Positions 58,132 through 64,000 of a stretch of 64,000 nt of DNA are shown piece by piece. The stretch is from Candidatus Aldehydirespiratoraceae bacterium (GTDB lineage Bacteria; Actinomycetota; Acidimicrobiia; Acidimicrobiales; Aldehydirespiratoraceae). Position numbers and translations under genes: made by a program. Position 1 is the first letter of the stretch; every line of letters starts with the position of its first letter. Location: the NCBI GenBank assembly GCA_965198315.1, contig OZ240616.1:3383671-3447670 (forward strand). Direction: 5' to 3'. The notes under the pieces are model-generated. The model did not search any database and was not told the DNA's origin. It worked only from the letters and a program-made list of their open reading frames with translations.

Positions 58132-59274
58132 TCAGTTGAGGAGCGCTACACCAATCACTGGGATGACAATGAAAGCCATCGCAACGTATGCGACCGCGTA
58201 CGTTCGGCGTTCCACGGCAAGCGCAGCAAGGGCCTCGGATGCTCTAATCGGTATCTTCCGGAGCGCCGGAAACGGATAGACCAAGAGAATGCCGACAACA
58301 TTGAAGATCGTGTGCACCAAAGCGATGGTAAGAGCTTCCGGGGCGTCGGTGGCCAGTGCGGCAAGCAGGGCGGTGATGGTTGTGCCGACATTGGCACCGA
58401 GCGTCACCGGAAAGGCGTTTCGCAACGACAACACCCCTGCTGCCGACATCGGAATCAGAACCGAGGTCGTGATCGACGACGACTGAACGGCGATCGTGAT
58501 GATCACGCCCAGCCCCATGGCGACCATGCCGGCTCCCTTGCTGAGAACAATGTTGAGCGTGCGTTCCACCCTCTCAGCGACCAGCAGGCGCATGTTGCGG
58601 GTAATCAACGCCAGTGCCAGGAGCACAATCACCAGCCCAGAGCCGACCACCAGCGACCCAAGGACGTTGCTGCCGGTCCCCACCGCCTCCCAGAGATCCT
58701 GGATCCAACCGACGGGTTCTTTGACGTACTGTTTGATCGGACTGCGCCACTCGGTGCCGGCACTGCCCAGCAACCGACTGCTGATCGACTCGGCAATGCT
58801 CGATAGCACACCAGTGGCCAGTTCGATGGGCAGCAGAACCGCCACCGCGATCACGTTGAAGAAGTCATGGACCGTCGCCACGCTGAAGGCGCGCTTGAAC
58901 TCTTCAGATTGGCGTATGTGAGCCAGCGACACCAGCGTATTCGTCACCGTGGTGCCGATGTTGGCACCCATAATCATCGGCACCGCGTCATCGATCTTCA
59001 GCGCCCTGGCGGCAACCAAACCGACGATGACTGAAGTGCTGGCCGACGACGACTGCACCAGAATCGTGCCGAGAATGCCGATGAACAACCCCGCGAGCGG
59101 GTTCGAGACCGTCGAGAACAGCCGCTCCTGGGTATCGGCGCCCATTATCTTGATGCCCGTTTCGAGCGATGACACCCCAACCAAAAAGAAGTAGATCAGC
59201 GCGACGACGAGAGCAGATCGAAGAAGCGGAGAGATCCGCGGTTCTGTTGTTGGAGGCACCTCTGCAATCGTCAT
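58132..59274 (-). CDS. Na+/phosphate cotransporter (NptA/PF02690) family membrane protein
   Basis: 380 aa, polytopic, with duplicated GANIGTT.T / GANVGTT.T motifs. It is the first gene of the cysDNC operon (8-nt gap). Confidence 0.75.
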   Translation of the reverse strand: MTIAEVPPTTEPRISPLLRSALVVALIYFFLVGVSSLETGIKIMGADTQERLFSTVSNPLAGLFIGILGTILVQSSSASTSVIVGLVAARALKIDDAVPMIMGANIGTTVTNTLVSLAHIRQSEEFKRAFSVATVHDFFNVIAVAVLLPIELATGVLSSIAESISSRLLGSAGTEWRSPIKQYVKEPVGWIQDLWEAVGTGSNVLGSLVVGSGLVIVLLALALITRNMRLLVAERVERTLNIVLSKGAGMVAMGLGVIITIAVQSSSITTSVLIPMSAAGVLSLRNAFPVTLGANVGTTITALLAALATDAPEALTIALVHTIFNVVGILLVYPFPALRKIPIRASEALAALAVERRTYAVAYVAMAFIVIPVIGVALLN

Positions 59275-59281
59275 CCCGTCT

Positions 59282-60220
59282 GTGCAACGTAACAGGTTCT
59301 CGTGGCATCTCTCACATGAACGTCAACGATCTTGCCAGTCACCGAAGAACTCGTTCCCCAAGAACGCGGTCGCGGGCCTGGATTTGTCTAACGGCAAGGC
59401 GACTGCTGGAATCTCTGACATCACTGTCGAACCAACTGTCGAACCAGCCAGTGCGTCGCTCGAAGACCATCGTCTTGCGGCTCAATTGGCGGATGAAGCA
59501 GGTCGTCTTCTGGTTGAACTTCGCGCCCGACTGCACGCCGGAGACGCGCCCTCAGCGGTACTGAAGGCGCAAGGCGACCGGCAAGCCCACGAGTTTCTCA
59601 TGGAGCGGTTGCAAGCGGCGCGTCCAGACGATGCGATTCTGTCGGAGGAAGGCACAGACGTTCTTGCGCGCCTCGATGCTGAGCGCACCTGGATTATCGA
59701 CCCTCTCGACGGCACCCGCGAGTTTTCCGAGGTTCCTCGTACTGATTGGGCGGTTCATGTCGCCCTTGTGGCCAACAGTCGTCCAATCGCCGGCGCGGTG
59801 GCACTTCCTGCTCTTGGTTTGCTCTTGAGCACTGCCAATCCCACGTCGCTTCCCCCCATCGGTGATTCTGCTGTGCGTTTAATCGTGTCGCGCACCAGGC
59901 CCCCGGCCGCGGCCATTCATGTCGCCAACGATCTCGGTGCCGATTTGGTGGAGATGGGTTCGGCTGGCGCCAAGACGATGGCAGTGGTTCGCGGCGAGTG
60001 CGAAATATATGCCCACAGCGGGGGTCAATACGAGTGGGATTCATGTGCCCCGGTGGCTGTCGCCGCGGCGGCGGGTTGCCATGTAAGCCGCATCAACGGC
60101 CAAGAATTGCTCTACAACCAAAAAGACCCATATCTCCCGGACCTGCTGGTCTGTCGTCCCGAGTTGGCAGAAGCCACGCTCACGAGCCTGGCGCGCTTCG
60201 CTTCCCAACAGACATGTTGA
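59282..60220 (+). CDS. cysQ: 3'(2'),5'-bisphosphate nucleotidase CysQ (inositol monophosphatase family)
   Basis: AILSEEG...WIIDPLDGTREF...WDSCA motifs. The true start is probably downstream of the track start (e.g. TTG 59384), since 59282 is 7 nt from the divergent gene. Confidence 0.8.
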   Translation: MQRNRFSWHLSHERQRSCQSPKNSFPKNAVAGLDLSNGKATAGISDITVEPTVEPASASLEDHRLAAQLADEAGRLLVELRARLHAGDAPSAVLKAQGDRQAHEFLMERLQAARPDDAILSEEGTDVLARLDAERTWIIDPLDGTREFSEVPRTDWAVHVALVANSRPIAGAVALPALGLLLSTANPTSLPPIGDSAVRLIVSRTRPPAAAIHVANDLGADLVEMGSAGAKTMAVVRGECEIYAHSGGQYEWDSCAPVAVAAAAGCHVSRINGQELLYNQKDPYLPDLLVCRPELAEATLTSLARFASQQTC

Positions 60221-60894
60221 ACCGCAAGCTGGCAGCTGAGACCACGGGAACCGCTTTCCTGCTGATCGGTGTCGTGGGTTCGGGCATCATGGCCGAACGC
60301 CTTTCGCCCAACGACGTGGGTTTGCAACTGTTCCAGAATGCAGCGGCCACCGCCGGTGTGCTGTTTGCCATCATCGTCATGTTCGGTCCGCTGTCAGGAG
60401 CTCACTTCAACCCGGCGGTGACGCTGGCCGACTGGGCCCTGGGGAGTTTTCCCCGTCGTCACGTCCTCCCCTACATCGCCGCTCAGGTGACCGGTGCGGT
60501 GGCCGGTACGGTGCTGGCCAACCTGATGTTCGACCTGGACGCGGTGAACTGGTCCACCAAAACTCGATCCGCCGGGCACCTTTGGCTAGGCGAAGTGATC
60601 GCCACGGTCGGGCTGATAGCCCTCATCTTCTCGCTGGTCCGAACTGAGCGGCTTCGGCTGGTTGCAGGGTCGGTTGCTGCCTACATCGGCGCGGCGTACT
60701 ACTTCACCTCTTCCACCAGTTTCGCCAACCCGGCGGTGACGGTCGGTCGCATGTTCTCCGACACGTTTGCGGGGATAGAGCCTTCTTCTGCGCCGATGTT
60801 CATCGTCATGCAAATGATCGGGCTGGTACTAGCCGTGGGCCTGATCCGTTTCGTCTACCCCGACCCCGACACCCAACCAGGCTCCGACCTCTAG
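60214..60894 (+). CDS. MIP/aquaporin family channel
   Basis: Two NPA boxes (GAHFNPAVT and FANPAVT). The start is corrected to ATG 60214, overlapping the cysQ stop (ATGTTGA). Confidence 0.85.
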   Translation: MLNRKLAAETTGTAFLLIGVVGSGIMAERLSPNDVGLQLFQNAAATAGVLFAIIVMFGPLSGAHFNPAVTLADWALGSFPRRHVLPYIAAQVTGAVAGTVLANLMFDLDAVNWSTKTRSAGHLWLGEVIATVGLIALIFSLVRTERLRLVAGSVAAYIGAAYYFTSSTSFANPAVTVGRMFSDTFAGIEPSSAPMFIVMQMIGLVLAVGLIRFVYPDPDTQPGSDL

Positions 60895-60929
60895 GACCCC
60901 GATTACGTCTCCGGAGATAGCATTGGCGG

Positions 60930-61595
60930 ATGCGTCTTGTTGTGGCTCGCTGCACAGTTGACTACAACGGGCGGTTACAAGCCCATCTGCCCGAAGCAGT
61001 GCGCCTGTTGATGGTCAAGGCTGACGGCAGCGTGGCGATTCACGCAGACGGCGGCGCCTACAAACCCCTCAACTGGATGAACCCCCCGAACCGACTGTCG
61101 GAGCATCCCGAAGATGGCACATGGACGGTCACCAACCCGAAGGGCGAAGTTCTGACGATCACCCTTCATGAGGTGATCAGCGACTCGTCATTTGAGATGG
61201 GGCGAGATCCTGGTCTCCAGAAAGACGGCGTCGAAGCGCACCTGCAGGAGCTTTTGGCCGACGATCCCACATCGATTACCGAAGGTTTGCGCTTGGTGCG
61301 CCGTGAATTCCCGACCAGCGTCGGTCCCGTAGATCTGATGTGTCGTGACGCCGACGGCGTGGCCGTAGCGATTGAGGTCAAACGCCGCGGCGAGATTGAC
61401 GGAGTTGAGCAACTCAGCCGTTATCTGGAATTCCTCAACCGCGACCCGGCCTTGCGACCGGTGAGAGGCGTGTTCGTGGCCCAAGAAATCAAGCCGCAAG
61501 CGAAGGTATTGGCCGAGGATCGCGAGATTCAGTGCGTTGAGGTCGACTACGACGAACTACGCGGCATCGAATCACCCAACCCGAGACTCTTCTAA
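60930..61595 (+). CDS. nucS: Endonuclease NucS (EndoMS)
   Basis: [16 protein letters not shown]...[18 protein letters not shown]...[16 protein letters not shown]. Confidence 0.92.
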   Translation: MRLVVARCTVDYNGRLQAHLPEAVRLLMVKADGSVAIHADGGAYKPLNWMNPPNRLSEHPEDGTWTVTNPKGEVLTITLHEVISDSSFEMGRDPGLQKDGVEAHLQELLADDPTSITEGLRLVRREFPTSVGPVDLMCRDADGVAVAIEVKRRGEIDGVEQLSRYLEFLNRDPALRPVRGVFVAQEIKPQAKVLAEDREIQCVEVDYDELRGIESPNPRLF

Positions 61596-61613
61596 AGCTC
61601 ACGGCCTATACGA

Positions 61614-63410
61614 TTGGGCACCGTGCGCGCGACCCTTGCGGTGCTAGCCGCGACTGTCATCTTGATTGTGGTCGCCTGGATCATTGACGATGTCGTGAGC
61701 GGCGAGGACATCCCGCGAGGGGTGGAGATCGACGAAATCTCGGTCGGATCGATGAGCCGCGAAGAAGCGGCTATCCGGCTCGCTTCGCACCCCTCGCTCG
61801 ACAAGTCCATAACCGTGGTTTGGGACGAAGCTTCTGTAACCGCCACCGCAACCGAGTTGGGGATCGGTATCAACATTGAGACCACACTTGATGAAGCTGC
61901 CGAAAAAGGCGGCGCTACCCAACCGTTTCGCTGGCTCTTTTCTCCGGTCGCGAATCGCAGAGTGGCACCCCACTATTTCCTTGATCGAAACACTCTGGTG
62001 GAATTGCTCGGTGAGGGTACTCACGCGGTGCTTCTGGTCGATCCGGATGGCTTGAGCGTGGCGCTGGCAAATGGGGTTTTCGTCGCCGCCGACACAACCA
62101 AGATACCTATCGTCGACATCAATGAACTCGAGCGACTGCTCCTGATCGCAGTTGCGGGCGAAGGCGAGGATCCTGTTGAGCTGCCTTCGCTCGGGAGCGA
62201 GGCCATAGACGTTGGCGGAACGGAACTCGCGCGTCATGCCAACGAGCTGACCCAAGATGGCTTCGAGGTGGCGCTGCTCGGTTTCTCTGAGTACCACTTG
62301 ATTCCCGCGCGAGCCTTGCGGCAGTGGGTGCGCTTCAGTCCAACAGGCGAGATCTCGCTGGATAATGACGCCGTTGTCTCGACGTTGGCCGCTCTTTTTG
62401 TCGGTCTTGGAGACCCCGGCCAAGAGACAACATTCTTTGTCGACTATCTTGAGAATATTCACATTGTCGGCGGTTCTCCTGGAAGCATCTGCTGTATCGA
62501 AGACACCGGTGAGCGGATTCTTGAGGCTCTGATCGCAGGCGAGAGCCAGGTTCAGGTACGTCCCACCGAAGACCCTGACGCAAAGGGCGTTGCCTGGGCC
62601 GAATCGTTGGGTATCAAAGAGGTGGTGGGCCAGTTCACGACGAACTTCGCGCCCGGGCAAGCACGTGTAATCAATATCTTCCGCATCGCCGAGTTGACTC
62701 AAGGGGCGGTCATTGAACCCGGTGAGACCTTCTCGGTCAACGCGTATGTCGGTCCCCGAACTACTGAAAAGGGCTTTGTACCAGCAGGAATGATCGACCA
62801 CGGGATCTTCGTCGACTCCGTCGGCGGAGGAATCTCACAGTACGCAACAACCCTGTTCAACGCCGCATTTTTTGCTGGACTCGATTTCGGCGAGTACCAG
62901 AGCCATTCCATCTACATTGGGCGTTATCCCTATGGCCGTGAAGCGACCGTGTCCTATCCCGCCCCCGATTTGCAGATAATCAACAACACGCCGTACGGCG
63001 TTCTGGTGTGGCCGACGGTGACCGAAGATTCCATCACTGTGCGGCTCTATTCCACCCGGTCGGTCTTCGCCGAGCAGACGGGCCAGACGAGCATGCCTCA
63101 TGGTCTGGTATGTACCAATGTGTTGACCGAGCGGACCAGAATTTTCGTGGAGGACGGACGTCGGGAGGTGGACACGGTTTTTGCTCGGTACCACCCGGAG
63201 GCCACCCTCTGCGACGGCACTCCAAGCGTTTCCACAACCACGACCACCATCGGTGACGGCGATAACGAAGGCGATCTCTCAGACAACGACGAGGTTGACG
63301 ACGGCGATGACACCAACGACGACGGGACAGACGAGCACGAAACCAACCAGGACCAAACCAACAGGGACCAAACCAACCAGGACGAATCAGACCAGGACGG
63401 GTCATCGTGA
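61614..63410 (+). CDS. VanW family protein with N-terminal membrane anchor and acidic low-complexity tail
   Basis: An N-terminal TM segment, a VanW core (GGGISQYATTLFNAAFFAGL...YPYGREATV), and a D/N/Q/T-rich C-terminus. Confidence 0.8.
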   Translation: MGTVRATLAVLAATVILIVVAWIIDDVVSGEDIPRGVEIDEISVGSMSREEAAIRLASHPSLDKSITVVWDEASVTATATELGIGINIETTLDEAAEKGGATQPFRWLFSPVANRRVAPHYFLDRNTLVELLGEGTHAVLLVDPDGLSVALANGVFVAADTTKIPIVDINELERLLLIAVAGEGEDPVELPSLGSEAIDVGGTELARHANELTQDGFEVALLGFSEYHLIPARALRQWVRFSPTGEISLDNDAVVSTLAALFVGLGDPGQETTFFVDYLENIHIVGGSPGSICCIEDTGERILEALIAGESQVQVRPTEDPDAKGVAWAESLGIKEVVGQFTTNFAPGQARVINIFRIAELTQGAVIEPGETFSVNAYVGPRTTEKGFVPAGMIDHGIFVDSVGGGISQYATTLFNAAFFAGLDFGEYQSHSIYIGRYPYGREATVSYPAPDLQIINNTPYGVLVWPTVTEDSITVRLYSTRSVFAEQTGQTSMPHGLVCTNVLTERTRIFVEDGRREVDTVFARYHPEATLCDGTPSVSTTTTTIGDGDNEGDLSDNDEVDDGDDTNDDGTDEHETNQDQTNRDQTNQDESDQDGSS

Positions 63411-64000
63411 GCGCGGAGACAGTAGTGGTGGGTGGAGGGCCTGGCGGCGCGGCGGCCGCCATTGTCCTGGCGCGGGCAGGCCGCGACGTCCTGCTCGTCG
63501 ACAAGGCAACGTTCCCACGGGACAAGTGCTGCGGCGATGGCCTCACAGCCCTGGCGCTGCGTGAATATGAGTTCTTGGGCCTCGATCCGAGCCATATCGA
63601 ATCTTGGAATGTGGTTCGCGACGTAGCGGTGCGGTCACCTTCGGGAACCGAGCGGTACTATCCCCTCCCCGATGGACCCGGCTATCACGCAGCCGTGGTA
63701 CCGCGAATCGATCTGGATGCCGCGGTACTGGAACTGGCACGTGCTGCGGGTGCTCGTGTCGAACCCGGATGCGCTGTGACCGGCATCGAAGTATCCGACG
63801 ACACCATTGATGTGCTCATCGACGACAACCTTGACAACGAGAGCGAGCGCTGCATACGGACCTCGAACCTGATCGCGGCTGACGGGATGTGGTCGCCGGT
63901 TCGCAAGTCACTGGGTCTCGGGGTCGACCAATACCTTGGCGAGTGGCACGCCTTTCGCCAGTACTACTGCAACGTCACCGGCCGAGCCGCAGAGGAACTG
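63407..64000 (+). CDS. Geranylgeranyl reductase family FAD-dependent oxidoreductase (5' part; continues past the right window edge)
   Basis: Not in the track. My translation from GTG 63407 reads VSAETVVVGGGPGGAAAAIVLARAGRDVLLVDKATFPRDKCCGDGLT...LIAADGMWSPVRK. The GTG overlaps the vanW stop (GTGA). Confidence 0.8.
   Translation, partial: MSAETVVVGGGPGGAAAAIVLARAGRDVLLVDKATFPRDKCCGDGLTALALREYEFLGLDPSHIESWNVVRDVAVRSPSGTERYYPLPDGPGYHAAVVPRIDLDAAVLELARAAGARVEPGCAVTGIEVSDDTIDVLIDDNLDNESERCIRTSNLIAADGMWSPVRKSLGLGVDQYLGEWHAFRQYYCNVTGRAAEEL

Noticed and set aside
61644-62801. Minus-strand 385-aa ORF opposite the VanW gene
   Set aside because: It is antisense to a gene with a clear VanW core and an N-terminal anchor, and it has no recognisable features of its own.
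63230-63410. Short imperfect repeats (gaccaaaccaac...) encoding the NQDQTNRDQTNQDESDQD tail of the VanW protein
   Set aside because: This is a low-complexity acidic tail of a cell-envelope protein. Nothing suggests more than compositional bias or minor slippage.

Overview
This is a high-GC chromosome segment with actinobacterial-type gene content and order. That assignment is an inference from the rnc-mutM-smc, plsX-acpP, rpmF-yceD, coaD-rsmD and recG-yloV neighbourhoods, a fused E1/E2 Kgd-type 2-oxoglutarate dehydrogenase, and NucS. From about 11.7 kb to 64 kb the window is an ordinary, densely packed backbone. It carries a betaine/dimethylglycine/sarcosine demethylation cluster, DNA repair and chromosome genes, lipid and CoA genes, pckA, a TPP-riboswitch-controlled ABC importer, kgd, ettA, a cysDNC sulfate-activation operon, nucS and a VanW protein. 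The first ~11.7 kb is a mosaic accessory region with three parts. (1) A type I-G/I-U CRISPR interference module runs in the order cas7u(csb1)-cas5u(csb2)-cas3 off the left edge. No large-subunit gene lies upstream, and no array or adaptation genes are in view. (2) An NYN-domain gene sits between an intact ferredoxin-reductase gene and a 355-bp, roughly 90%-identical copy of that gene's 3' end. (3) A 5.1-kb two-gene cassette (138 aa plus 1476 aa, ATGA-coupled, AT-rich leader) is bounded by 38-bp direct repeats derived from the 3' end of the mttB-family gene. It splits what looks like an ancestral mttB-fdx-fdr arrangement, and it carries no integrase. The cassette is my best candidate for an undescribed system, possibly defence-related. 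I cannot assign either of its proteins to a named family from sequence alone, so that reading is inference. Smaller observations are listed under findings:
- an Fpg/MutM homolog lacking the catalytic Pro2 and three of four zinc-finger cysteines;
- an 18-bp x ~8 perfect tandem repeat that adds a (PRLNPN)n tail to an ABC ATPase;
- 54-bp repeats in the Kgd linker;
- intergenic tandem repeats.
I found no rRNA gene, tRNA gene or CRISPR array. Many long ORFs in the track are antisense or off-frame artefacts of GC-rich DNA, and several track ORFs have over-extended 5' ends; I give corrected starts where the sequence supports them.
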